From Schmidtea nova (taxonomy: Eukaryota), in the NCBI GenBank assembly GCA_044892505.1, contig CM097883.1, positions 257,734,001-257,797,737 on the forward strand: 63,737 nt of DNA, given 5' to 3'. Of the stretch, positions 14,170 through 27,143 are shown piece by piece (positions within the stretch are counted from its first letter, which is position 1; every line of letters starts with the position of its first letter). The position numbers and the translations under genes are program-made. A model generated the notes under the pieces. It ran no database searches and was not told the origin of the DNA. It was given only the letters and a program-made list of their open reading frames with translations.

Positions 14170-14410
14170 GAGAAACACGATGAAAGATAAGATCGTGGAT
14201 GTGGCCACAATTATAACTCATCAGTAAAAATACATGTAAGTTCTACTGAACTAATTTCTCTTTGCCTTGATGAGAGCACTGATATAACTGGATCAGCTCA
14301 TTTAACAATTGTAGTTCGTTACTGTATTGAGAAATATATCAAAGAAGAATTGATCACTTTAACATCATTAGCAACTACAAAAAGAAAATATATTTGCAAC
14401 GCATTTTAAT
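14170..14410 (+). pseudogene. Second hAT transposase fragment
   Basis: RNTMKDKIVDVA...ISLCLDESTDITGSAHLTIVVRYC...IKEELITL. Confidence 0.7.
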
Positions 14411-14724
14411 GCATTAGATGAATGAGAAATAGATCTTTCCGAAATTGTGTGAGTTACTACGGATAATGATCGCGTAATCTCTATAAATATGATCAATTTT
14501 TATTGATTTTGTAGGTAACTGGTGATAACAGAGCTGAGCTGTCGAAATATATTGCAAATTCATATTTAAAAACGGTTGTATTTTTTATAACTGAAAAGTT
14601 ATATTAAATAAACCATTTATCAAGATTAAATTCACAAGAATGTTCTTTATAAATGTATTTGTGCTGTTCAATTTTTAAATGGAATTTCACTTCCAATAAC
14701 TAAAGTGTATTTCAATTTATTAAG

Positions 14725-14980
14725 AATTCGTCGACTAGCTTGGAATACCACTTATTTCCGAGCAGCTCTTCATCGAATGGGTCTCATTGTGTTTGGCAAT
14801 AAGGACAGCCCTGTGATTCCCGTAATAGTCTATACGATTCCGAAAGTCGTGGCATTCCATAGAGAATGTATGCGTCGAGGAGTGGGAACAGTTATTGTGG
14901 GTTATCCAGCTTGCAATTTGAAATTGGCAAGAATCAGATTTTGTATCAGTGCTGCTCACACAAAACGCTCATTAGATTAC
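14725..14980 (+). CDS. SPTLC2: Serine palmitoyltransferase 2, penultimate exon
   Basis: IRRLAWNTTYFR...FGNKDSPVIP...VGYPA...ARIRFCISAAHTK; phase-2 acceptor completes Arg (AG|A) from the 6763 exon; donor gttagt at 14981. Confidence 0.92.
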
Positions 14981-16199
14981 GTTAGTTTCTTCTTGTAACA
15001 ATTTACCTTTTAGAATTATTAAATTATGTTTTCAAATTTCAAATTTTCAAATTAATTGTTTCAAAAATTATTTCTATTATTTTTACAACGATTTCCTTTG
15101 AAAGCTCGCATTTATATTCTCAATTTTAAATTAAATTTTAAAATAATTTTTTTTAATAAAATGCTCTTTAATTTTTATACTCTTTAAAATTTAGTTCAAA
15201 TATAATTTTTTTAAATTTATAATGAATTTGATTTTAATTTACATCGGAAATGAGTCGAAAAATTTGAGAGTGTGAGAATATTTGGTGCGTGAGTTTGCTT
15301 CAATTTTTGCGGTTTAAGTAAAATAACTGATGTGATTGTTGACGATTCTTATTTTTTTCTTTTGATCTTTATTCTATACTAGTTTAATTTTTCAAATGTC
15401 GTGGGCGAAATGCCACATAATTTAGAGAAGACTGGCCATCTTTTCTTTAGAGAATTTTCAATTGATGATTATGGACTTTGTTTTTTGAATCAAACTGTTG
15501 TTTTTAAATATTGGAATATTTAACAAAAATATTTAACAAAAAAATATATGATTTTTTAAGATTAATTTATTTGAATTAAAAATAATTTTATCGTTTTAAA
15601 TGTTTTGGCTATTTATAAAATTATAATATACATTTGTAAAAAAAATTGATTAATTTGTTTGAAAATTGATTTATTTGATTTATATTCGAATGGTTGACTG
15701 CATAGCACCTGATGATGAAAAGAAAGTTNNNNNNNNNNNNNNNNNNNNNNNNNNNNNNNNNNNNNNNNNNNNNNNNNNNNNNNNNNNNNNNNNNNNNNNN
15801 NNNNNNNNNNNNNNNNNNNNNNNNNNNNNNNNNNNNNNNNNNNNNNNNNNNNNNNNNNNNNNNNNNNNNNNNNTAACAAAATAAGTCTGCTGCAAAATTT
15901 TCACCTAATAACATTTTGCAGCAAAGGCTTATTTAGTTATTAATTTATTAATTTATTAATTATTTTATATTTAATTAATGTCGCTACCAAAAAATCATCA
16001 TTTTATACTATTATTATCAATTGTAATATTTTCCTTCATGGGAAAATATTGAAATTCTTTCCCCGTTTTTTTATTTACAGTTAAAAAATTTAAAGAAATT
16101 TTGTTCTAGAATTAAAAGTTTGTTTATATTTATGACGAAATTTTAAATACACTTTAATAATAAATATAAACCCAAAAATGAGAAATCCGTCATGTGGTA

Positions 16200-19100
16200 A
16201 TATTGTTGTCTTTTGTTGGGTTTGTTTTGTTTTGTGTTTTACAATTCACTAAAAAATGTGTGGTATTTTTATTTGAGATAGTAACTGTAGCGTTTTTGGT
16301 ATTCTTGTATGATTGCTGTGCTTTTGTTGAGAGGCTGTAAGGGTCTTGCTAGTTTGATTTTTGTTGTTAGAAGGTTTGTGTGTTATTTAGTTGTTGTCTT
16401 GATATGGTTTTAATCTGCGAATGTTTATTCTGACTTTTTTGTTGTTTATTAGTAATGTACCCACTTTTCTTTTCATTTCAAGTAGTCTGTAAGGGCCTTC
16501 GTATTTTGATTCAAAACCACTGGTAAAAGGCTTTTATGAGTACCGTATCGACTATGAGACTGGCTTTTGATTGTTTGGGTTTATTGTCTTTGTTTTTGGA
16601 TAATTCTTTTGTTTCGTTTTGATTTGCTTTGCTTTGCTTTGCTTTTTCTTTAGTGTTGTAACTTTTTTCTGTTTTTTCAATGTTTTCCATAAGATTTGGT
16701 AAATTTGTTTAGTGCCCAAAGGTTTGTTGACTGGAGCTTTTGTTGTTTAGCGTTGAAGTGTTGTTTCGTAAACCGATTAGGATTTCTGGGAGTTTTTCTA
16801 ACCAGTTTCTTTTGTTAGCTTAGGCTCTGATTGCTTGTTTTAAGGATCTGTGTAGCTTTTAAACTTTGCCGTTTGACTGTTGGTTGTATCCTGTTGTTCT
16901 GACTTTTCTGACTTTATATTTTGAGCACAGTCCTTTGAATAGGCCTGACTCAGATTGTCTGCCTTGATCGCTGATGATTATTTTTGGGCATCCACTTCTC
17001 GCAAACCAGTTTAGTTCTAGTTTTCGGCAAATTGTTACTGCTGAGATCTTTTTTGTTGGGATAGCCTCAAATCAGTTTGTGTTTCGGTCTATTATTGTGA
17101 GTAGATATTTGTGTTTGTTGTTAGGTGGTAATGGATCAATTATGTCTATATGCATTGTTTGGAAAGGTTCTGTTTTAAGGAATTCGAATTTTGTTGTTTT
17201 GAATGTTTTTGCTATTTTGTTTTTCTGACACTTTATACATGAGTTGACGTTTTCTTTGATATCCTTTCTCATGTTTGGCCATATATCTTTTGTATGTATA
17301 AGTTCTTGGGTGGTATATGTTGAGGAAATGTTAGATGAGTTCGATTCTGTGTTCATAAGGTACTTTTAGTCTTTTGTTGTTTTCCTTTGAGATATCGTGT
17401 CAAATTTCATCAAATTCTTTAAGAACTAATGAGTTGAGTTTTTGAAATTTTTTAATGTTGTTTCGTGCTTGATTTTCATTGTTTCTTGATTCACAATTGA
17501 GATCATACTGATTGCGTTTATTGCTGTTTCAATTCGTGAAAGGGTATCTGCGCATATGTTTGTTGCACCTGATATGGAGTTTATTTTGCAATTGATTTGT
17601 GAAATGTAATTTAGTTCTCTTAATTTTCTTGGTGACGGTAATTTCATGTTGACTGAGGTTTGTGGTAAGTATATACTTTGAACTCTTTCCCTTCTTAAAG
17701 ATATTGAAACTGTTTTATTGTATCGTGCACTGCCAGTAGTTCCCTGTCGAAAGTGCAATATCGCATTTGGTGAACCTTGAGTTTTTTTGAAAAGAATGCA
17801 ATGGGTTGCTTTTCGTTATTTTTCTCCTGATATATTGTGCCTAACACCGCTATTCCTGAACAGTCTGTGTTGATAATGTAGTTAAAGTTTGGGTCGGGGT
17901 AGTTCACTAGACTTTTATTTGACAATTTAGTTTTTGCTTTTTCGAAAGCAGTATCCATGTCTTTGTTCCAGTTGATTTTTATGTTTCTTTTGATTTTGTT
18001 TAGTTTGTTTAGTAGTGCAAAGATTTCGCTACAACATGGGATATGCTTCTGGTAAAAATTTATCATGTCTAGAAAACGTCTCATTCTGTTGTTGTTTTGG
18101 GAAGTGGAAATTCTTTGATTGTCTTTATTTTGTCTTCTAACGGTCTTGTTCCGTTTTCGTTAAGGTTGTGTCCGAGAAATTTAACTTCGTGTTTTAGGAA
18201 TTCGTATTTCTTTATATTGATTTTGAGATTGTAATTGTTGAGTGTTTTGAGGACTTCTTTGATGTCTTGTATATGCTCGGTTTCGTTTTTTGACGCAATC
18301 AAAATGTCTTCTAGATACACTATCACGTTTCTGTGATTTCTCAATATTTAGTCCATGCACCTTTGAAAAGTTGCTGCAGCGTTTATAAACCAAACGGCAT
18401 TCGGTTGTATTCATATAACCCTATTGGTGTTATTATTGCAGTCTTTTTGATGTCATCTTCGTGCACTAGAACTTGGTGGTATTCTTTTTGTAAATTGATT
18501 TTGCTGAAATAGTTTGTGTTGTATATTCTGTTGATAACGTCGTTGATTATTGGTATGGGGTATTTATCAGGTACTGTAATGTTGTTTAGAACTCTGTAGT
18601 CTCCCAATGCTTTCCATTCGCCGATATCTTTTTCTTTTACCATCAGTGCTGATGACCTATTTGAGTTAGAATGTTGTATGATTTTATTTTCAAGTAGCTC
18701 GTTGAATATTTCTTTCGTTATTGTGATTTTTTCGTTGTTCAATTGTCTGACTTGAGCGTAAACTGGGTTTCCATTTGTGATGATTGCTTGTTTTGTTTTT
18801 ATTTTCTAATGAGAGTTTATCTGTAATTATAGGACAATTTTCGAGTAGGTCATTGATTTCATTTGGTATTGAGTCGTTTGTGTTTACGTTTGGTTTTTCT
18901 CGGTTTTTCTCGGTTTTTTGCGGTTATTACTCCGATATCGCAATTTATTTGGGTTTTCGTAGTTAGGTCTGTTGTTTAGGTATTTTTCTGTTTCAGTTGT
19001 TCTTTGTATTATTTTTTTGTTTCGGCAGTCTACCAACAAATTGTAGTTTAATAAGAAATTATCTCCTAAAATGGTTTGTTTCACGTCGGCAATGGCAAAT

Positions 19101-19550
19101 TTCCAATTGTAATTTACTTCGTTTATTTTTATGGATAATTGTTGTTTGCATAAGTTTTTATGTTGCTGTCGTTCGCTGCACAGACATTGTGATTTTCTTC
19201 TTTTATTGTTTTGAATAAATAACTTGGTAGCAAGCTAACTATTGAACCTGTGTCAACTAGGAATTTTGTATTTTTGCTTTGTACCGAGAATGTTTCGCAG
19301 TCGCCAAATGTCAGGGTTGTCATTGGCGACTTTTATTTTTTTCCTAAGTTTCTTTTGGGGAAGGAACACGGTGCCTTGCATTTGAAAGCCTTGTCTTCTA
19401 ATATATTGTGATAGTAACATCAGCATGAATTGTTTGAATTGCTTTAGTGGTTGTTAGAATTTGGTTTTTGTTCTGTGTTTTTGTTTTGGTAATTTTGTTT
19501 GTATTGTTTTTTCCTTGATTCTCGTTCGTACTTCGTGTTGAATTTTGAAA
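16200..19550 (-). mobile_element. Decayed Ty3/Gypsy (CsRn1-like) internal region within an SPTLC2 intron
   Basis: Gag CYYHNILEDKAFKCKAPC (CHCC) near 19400, protease FLVDTGS, RT (TPIGLYEYNRMPFGL, YLED), RNase H (FDRELLA), integrase (HIDIIDPLP, KYEGPY); many frameshifts; no LTRs seen, ends approximate. Confidence 0.85.
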
Positions 19551-19628
19551 TAAGAAATAAAAGTATCAATTTAATTCAATTATCATTTTTAATTAAATAT
19601 AACTATGGATTGTTTATTTTTGTTTTAG

Positions 19629-19814
19629 ACTCTTTCAGTTGTTGAAGAAATCGCAACTCATTTAAGATTCAAATATAGCAGGTTACCAGTGCCAGAATGG
19701 TGTACGAATGTTCCTCAGCGCTCATTAGTTTTTCATGAAAATAAATGCTGTGATAAATATGATTCGTGCAAATTTTCCATGTCTAATGGGAAAAATACCG
19801 CGCCTTTTGCTTGA
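19629..19814 (+). CDS. SPTLC2: Serine palmitoyltransferase 2, terminal exon
   Basis: Acceptor ttttag; TLSVVEEIATHLRFKYSR resembles the SPTLC2 C-terminal L.LKYSR; phase 0 fits previous exon; TGA 19812-19814. Confidence 0.88.
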   Translation, partial: TLSVVEEIATHLRFKYSRLPVPEWCTNVPQRSLVFHENKCCDKYDSCKFSMSNGKNTAPFA

Positions 19815-22064
19815 TATTTAATTTTTTAACGTTTATTTTTTTAACAAAAAAATGAAAGTTATGGAAAAATTTTATGATTATAATAATGGAAAATCATCTC
19901 AATTAGTTTTTGTATAATTTTCTTAATGAGGATTTTGAGTTACTTTTAATTTATGATTATTTGGTAATATTTTGCTGAGTATTTTGGACAGATACTGAGG
20001 CGTTGCCCTTTGATTTTAGGTTCTTTCAAATTTGGCAAGGATTCAAAATTAATATATGAAAGCTTAATAGTTCCTTTTATATCAAAATCGCTTGTATCAA
20101 AAATTTGTTTATATCGAAGTGTAATCGACAGTCCTGCTTGACGTTATGTTAAATAATACACGGTTTGCGGAATTCACTATATATTATTGTTTATTAGAGT
20201 TTCACGAACATCAATATGATAAGGTTCTATTCTACTTCTAAAAATTCATTCTTAGAAAATACGTAAATATTTATTCTTAGAGATGCAATGAAACACTTCA
20301 AAGAAAGACTGCTAAATTTCTTTAATATCTTTAATCCGCACTAAATAAATTTTAAATATTTTTTTAAAATTTTTATTTGGGAAAATAATACTAAAGATTT
20401 TGACAAATGAATTTTTTTGATAAATTTAAATTTCTCAATAGAAAATTAATAGCGTTAGCATGTGTAGGCAAAATATTTTCAAAGTATTAAAAATTCAGAA
20501 TATTTAAATTATTTTAATATAAAATAATAAAACAAATAAAAAACGATTATTGTATGTTATGTTGGGTTTTTATTTCATGTCGGTATTAATTTCTGACTCC
20601 TTGTGCTCTTATGTAAAATTATTCAAAATCGCCCAACACAATAGCTTTTATTTAATCTAGCAGAAAATTTACACTTGTCAATAACACTTTTGTCTACACT
20701 TTTTGCTGAGATTGATTAAATATCCTAATGGAAAATGCTCTTTCTGGTACGCAGATTTGATTTGCTGATCGTATGTTTTTCTTAATGTCTATTTCTTATA
20801 TCTTCATTAATCCTGATTTTACTCGCCTCTCTTCGACCAACTGGTGAGAATAATAAATTTGTTCCCTCATTTAATAATATTTTTCTTATTGAATATTTTT
20901 TATTTCGATTCAATTACTGGTCAGTTTCTTCAATCAATTTGCCTAAAACTAATTAATTCATCTGAAATTTAGACTTAACTTACCGCTAAGGTTTTCATTT
21001 TTACTACTATGTTTGTTGTGCGTTAGGAAAATTAGATTTTAATTCGATTCTTGTTCAGGTTAGGTTTACGCAGCAACACATAAATAACCTCTGACTGTGT
21101 GCGCTAGGAACCATGAACTCAGCGAAATTGGACGGATTTTTCCTTTCATGTCCTCCGTGACAAATTGTTGGGACATCAGCTTCCTACAGTTTCTGAGCTC
21201 GATCCTCAGGGCCTCATTCTCTAAGTTCAGATCTTCGACGACCTGGTTTGAGTAGCTGAGCCGTTACTTTCTTCATCTCGCTTGGCTAAAAATATTGACT
21301 TTCCAGATCATAATGCTATGTTTTAACCGTTCTATGATTGCTGCAGTAGACACTTTCCTAGACACTTTCTGTTCCGTTCCTTTAGGGAGTGCCACTTACA
21401 GAGTACCTTTTTAATAAACAAAACGACTTTTTAAGACATATCTCTGCAAATTAACTCCGGTGGTCGCTGACAGTTAACTTTCTATAATTATTGTCTAATT
21501 TTACTGAATTTGAAGGGGCTGTATTATAGCTTTGCATTTTCGCAGAATTCATGCATGTGGGTTTTACTATTCTGTTTCACCGTCGATTAGGGTTTCCCGT
21601 CGTCGCTTTTATTTCTAATCAACATAAGAACTACACTAAAATTAAATTCTACTCAATTAACTATTAATCCCAAGTAGTATATGAAATTTTAAACAAAACA
21701 ACTAGTATAATAGAGGGATGCACAACAAGAGACAGAATTAAATTGTTCAGTTCCACGGTTCACACGCAGAATTGATCCGTGTTCGAATTAAATTGACTCT
21801 GAAGGACTGAAGAGAGAGTCTGTTGGCTGGCTTGATGTCGGGGAACTAAACATGAAATGGCCCATTTTGAGGAACTCGTCCGTAGTGATAGTTCCTGAAT
21901 ATCTGATGAAATTTCGGCACACGATAGTGGTGGGTGATTCGACAAAAAAGTTTGGGCAGCCCGCAGAATAGTGACAGTACACGTTGATTTGCCAGGCTTG
22001 ACTGCCTTTCCATATCACCTCACCTGGACTATCTTGGAACATGCTGAGTGATGGCATTTGCCTG

Positions 22065-22239
22065 TTCTGAACAAATGCGTGTTCAAGACGAATGCGTGTT
22101 CAGAATGAATGCGTGTTCAGAATGAATGCGTGTTCAGAACGAATGCGTGTTCAGAACGAATGCGTGTTCAGAACGAATGTGTGTTCAGAACGAATGCGTG
22201 TTCAGAACGAATGCGTGTTCAGAACAAATGCGTGTTCAG
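22065..22239. repeat. 17-bp minisatellite (gaatgcgtgttcagaac), ~10 copies
   Basis: Contiguous tandem units with no spacers. Confidence 0.9.
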
Positions 22240-22919
22240 CGACTATTTCCCTTGCTAGATCGGACGGGATCTTCTTCAAGGACATCGCCAGAATAAGATA
22301 ATTGTCATACACCGATTAGTTGGATTTGGTATTGACTTTGCTGGTACTGGTTCAAACCTTTCTTTCAACTCCTCCAAGATTAAGATTTTTCAAACAAAAA
22401 CCCCGTTCTCGAGTGGATGTGTATTTTTTCACTATCGTCGTTCCCAATAAAGTTTGCTATCTAACTATTGATGTTATTGTTAAATAGCACTTTTCTCTAA
22501 TCATTTATTGTGTCATTAGAAAATGTTGTTTTATCCCAATTAGATAGATTTCGGCTTGAATTAATTTCGGCTGGAATAAATTGATTATCAATCGCATTCA
22601 AAAAGTCTTCGACTGCTGTATCATATCCTTTAACATTTTCTCGTTTACAATTTTAATTTTCCAGGTTGTTCGAACCAGCCGTTTCACGTCCCAGCACGAA
22701 ACTGACGGATCAAACTACCTTAGATCGGCGACCTATTAGGCCATCCCCTATCTGGCAAAATGAATTACTTTTTGAGAAACGCTGGCGAGAAAAAGATATA
22801 AGGGGATACCCAATTGAAATATAAATAACTAAATAAGTAAAATAAAACAATTCATAAAAGTAGCAGGATGTAAGCCCATCATATATAGATCAAGACTCCC
22901 ATAGAAATTTTATTTTTTT

Positions 22920-23310
22920 ATGTAGGTCAATTTAAGGACACTAAGGTAAACTTTTTCGCTTAAGGACACTCTAAAGACAATTTAAAGTAAAAAAGTAGGT
23001 CAAGGTCGATATAAGGTGAATTTAAGGTCAAATTCGTGGTTTAAGGGTACTTAAGGACAATAAATTAGGTCAATTTCAGGTCACATTGAGGACAAATTAA
23101 GTAGATCAAATATTTTTAAGGTGAATTTAAAGTTAAAATAAGTATGGTAAATATAATTTTCAAAATTTTTCTGTCAGAATTAAGTAGGTCAATTTCAGGT
23201 CACGATGAGGACAAATTAAGTAAATCAATAATAATTTTTACAATTTTTCTAAATCAGAATTAAGTAGGTCAAATATAAAAAACTTGAAAATTTTTTCAAA
23301 GTCAGAATTA
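22920..23310. repeat. Degenerate interspersed short repeats (taagtaggtcaa / ttaaggacac / tttcaggtcac)
   Basis: Recurring motifs seen directly; resembles a TE subterminal region; bounds approximate. Confidence 0.5.
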
Positions 23311-24179
23311 ACTATTAAGTGACTTAACACTTTGTGACTCACATAGCATTGTAAGTGCAAGTTTAATACAGGCAATGCAATCAAGCTGCAAGATTAACAA
23401 AGGTAATNNNNNNNNNNNNNNNNNNNNNNNNNNNNNNNNNNNNNNNNNNNNNNNNNNNNNNNNNNNNNNNNNNNNNNNNNNNNNNNNNNNNNNNNNNNNN
23501 NNNNNNNNNNNNNNNNNNNNNNNNNNNNNNNNNNNNNNNNNNNNNNNNNNNNNNNNNNNTTAAAATATATTAATGCAATATATTTCAACAGCTTAGCTGT
23601 CATCATCAGGCTTTCCACAATCTCAATAAAAAATAAAAATTGATCTTAATTATACGCTTAATAGTGATTACATAATTACATGTGCATAATCCAATAAAAA
23701 TTTTATTTACCCTAATAAAATTAATTAAACACTCTCAAAATGCATGTAGATATTGCATTTTGTATATTTATTTTAGGATTAAATGATTTTATCATCAAAG
23801 CCTCACAATTCACACGCTCATAATAATTTTTAAAACCCCTAGAAAGTATTTTGAAATTAGAAATATCAATGCTCTTCTTGCAAGTCTTATTATGCTCAAT
23901 AATGTTACTCTTTCCGCTCTTTCTGGCATGTTCTTGAACTCGTGTACAGAGATGACGGGCAGTCTCTCCAATGTATGTGGCATTACACCCATTACAAGTA
24001 AAACGATATACGAGATCAAAGGAGCACTATCAGAATGTGATTGATGACAAAATTTCCCCTGGTGTTGATCCGTTTAATACTTCTGATAGTGCTCCTTTGA
24101 TTGAAACAGGTGATGTTGTTATGGGAATGAATGATGGTGTTGATTGTAATAATAATAATGAAATAAATAAAAGTAACTT

Positions 24180-24648
24180 GAATGATTGCATTGGTTCTGT
24201 TATAGTTTTACCGTTTTCTGAGGGATTTGTAAATTTTAAAAAATCTATTATAAAATATATTGGAAATACTAATGTTAAAATAATTTCTAAGTCTTGCAAA
24301 GTTCGGGATATGTTCAGTAATAAATCTGTGACGCCATTTGGTCTGTGTTCTGATCTCGTATATCGTTTTACTTGTAATGGGTGTAATGCCACATACATTG
24401 GAGAGACTGCCCGTCATCTCTGTACACGAGTTCAAGAACATGCCAGAAAGAGCGGAAAGAGTAACATTATTGAGCATAATAAGACTTGCAAGAAGAGCAT
24501 TGATATTTCTAATTTCAAAATACTTTCTAGGGGTTTTAAAAATTATTATGAGCGTGTGAATTGTGAGGCTTTGATGATAAAATCATTTAATCCTAAAATA
24601 AATATACAAAATGCAATATCTACATGCATTTTGAGAGTGTTTAATTAA
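24180..24648 (+). pseudogene. Penelope linker plus GIY-YIG endonuclease (C-terminal part of polyprotein)
   Basis: VIVLPFS...LVYRFTCNGCNATYIGETARHLCTRVQEH...EALMIKSFNPKINIQ. Confidence 0.88.
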
Positions 24649-24756
24649 TTTTATTAGGGTAAATAAAATTTTATTGGATTATGCACATGTAATTATGTAA
24701 TCACTATTAAGCGTATAATTAAGATCAATTTTTATTTTTTATTGAGATTGTGGAAA

Positions 24757-24793
24757 GCCTGATGATGACAGCTAAGCTGTTGAAATATATTGC
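24757..24793 (+). ncRNA. Minimal hammerhead ribozyme motif in Penelope pseudo-LTR (mirror copy on minus strand ~23575-23611)
   Basis: gc-CTGATGA-t-gacagc(taa)gctgtt-GAAA-tatat-t-gc. Confidence 0.72.
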
Positions 24794-25257
24794 ATTAATA
24801 TATTTAAAAAAATGGTCTTCTCTTATTTATATGAATAAATTGCCATTTTTATTTAAAATAATAATAATAATAATAAAAATTTTTTTAAAACTTTGATAAT
24901 AACTGTAAAAGTCAATGGAAGGTTATGTTGTTGGAATGATGTAATTATATTGTGAGTGGTTTACGATGATTGTTCCTATCACTATTGAAATATATTTGTT
25001 TTTCGTTATGTGTCATTTTATGTTGGTATTGATAGTTATTGTAGAAGGCTGTAGCGCCCAGCAGAGTCTCCGGTAAAAGTCTGTCTCAGGACAGCTGGGG
25101 TGTATGCTATATAAATGTATTATGCGTATGTGCGTATGTGATTGAAAGCTTTAATCAAATAAACTAACAAATGATTATAATAAACAAAAGCAACTTTACA
25201 GAACGATTTTTATTTAATCAACTAATAAAAAATACTACTCACGGTGAATGGAATTAA

Positions 25258-27143
25258 TAACAAATATCTTCTTTATAATTTAATATTCCTTTGCAATTTT
25301 TCTTTTCTCTTGCTTGGACGATATCTTTTTGAATCTTCAATTTCCTTTTTTCGATCGTTGTTTTTGTCTTTTTGGCGACGTTTCTATGCTTCTTTTGGTT
25401 ATCAATTTCTTTTTTAAAATTTGGTAGATAGTTTGTAGCTCCTTAGTATCTTTTATAAATCATTTGTTTTTTAATTTCTTAATCAATTTCTTATTTTTAA
25501 ATTCTTATAGTAAATTTTTTATTACTATAGGAATTGATTATTTATTTGCTATTTTAATTTTTAAATTAAATTTTCAATTTTTATTATTATTTCAGGCAGA
25601 ATTGCCGAACATTACTTAATAATTAAAGGGGGTCATCCTATGTCCACAAGGACGCCTACCATAATAAATGCTAATTGAAGATAATAGAAGCAAAAAAATA
25701 ATAAAAATAACAACTATTTTGATATAACCTTTACAATAACATTTAAAATTATCACTGGTCTATAAATTAAAACGATAATAAAAATTTGGAAGAGAAAAAA
25801 CTAAATTTGATAATAGTTAAATTTATTAAATAATATTTATGTAAATCGCGCACTGTCGATTCTCCAAATTGGAGTTATAACATCTTTTCTATCTACTTTA
25901 TAACCCTGAATTTTTATATTAATGAACCATTGTTCTTGATCATTGTAGTCCACTGATTGAAACGCATCAGGAAAACGAGTTTTTCTGCTGTTGATCTAAA
26001 TTTTTTCTTTGCAACAAATATCTTCTTTATAATTTAATATTCCTTTGCAATTTTTCTTTTCTCTTGCTTGGACGATATCTTTTTGAATCTTCAATTTCCT
26101 TTTTTCGATCATTGTTTTTGTCTTTTTGGCGACGTTTCTATGCTTCTTTTGGTTATCAATTTCTTTTTTAAAATTTGGTAGATAGTTTGTAGCTCCTTAG
26201 TATCTTTTATAAATCATTTGTTTTTTAATTTCTTAATCAATTTCTTATTTTTAAATTCTTATAGTAAATTTTTTATTACTATAGGAATTGATTATTTATT
26301 TGCTATTTTAATTTTTAAATTAAATTTTCAATTTTTATTATTATTTCAGGCAGAATTGCCGAACATTACTTAATAATTAAAGGGGGTCATCCTATGTCCA
26401 CAAGGACGCCTACCATAATAAATGCTAATTGAAGATAATAGAAGCAAAAAAATAATAAAAATAACAACTATTTTGATATAACCTTTACAATAACATTTAA
26501 AATTATCACTGGTCTATAAATTAAAACGATAATAAAAATTTGGAAGAGAAAAAACTAAATTTGATAATAGTTAAATTTATTAAATAATATTTATGTAAAT
26601 CGCGCACTGTCGATTCTCCAAATTGGAGTTATAACATCTTTTCTATCTACTTTATAACCCTGAATTTTTATATTAATGAACCATTGTTCTTGATCATTGT
26701 AGTCCACTGATTGAAACGCATCAGGAAAACGAGTTTTTCTGCTGTTGATCTAAATTTTTTCTTTGCAACAAATATCTTCTTTATAATTTAATATTCCTTT
26801 GCAATTTTTCTTTTCTCTTGCTTGGACGATATCTTTTTGAATCTTCAATTTCCTTTTTTCGATCGTTGTTTTTGTCTTTTTGGCGACGTTTCTATGCTTC
26901 TTTTGGTTATCAATTTCTTTTTTAAAATTTGGTAGATAGTTTGTAGCTCCTTAGTATCTTTTATAAATCATTTGTTTTTTAATTTCTTAATCAATTTCTT
27001 ATTTTTAAATTCTTATAGTAAATTTTTATATTAATGAATTTTTATATTAATGAACCATTGTTCTTGATCATTGTAGTCCACTGATTGAAACGCATCAGGA
27101 AAACGAGTTTTTCTGCTGTTGATCTAAATTTTTTCTTTGCAAC
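25258..27143. repeat. 754-bp tandem array, ~2.5 copies (third internally deleted)
   Basis: caaatatcttctttataatttaatattcc at 25261, 26015 and 26769; third copy jumps to the unit end near 27024. Confidence 0.9.

Larger units (their letters stand above)
23560..24808 (+). mobile_element. 5'-truncated Penelope-like element with inverted upstream pseudo-LTR
   Basis: 23560-24018 is a near-perfect reverse complement of 24351-24808; GIY-YIG ORF and hammerhead motif in the arms; left edge abuts an N gap. Confidence 0.88.

Noticed and set aside
22065-22239. CRISPR-like or heat-shock-element array
   Set aside because: Units are contiguous with no unique spacers, context is eukaryotic, and TTC-A-GAA lacks the nGAAnnTTCn spacing.
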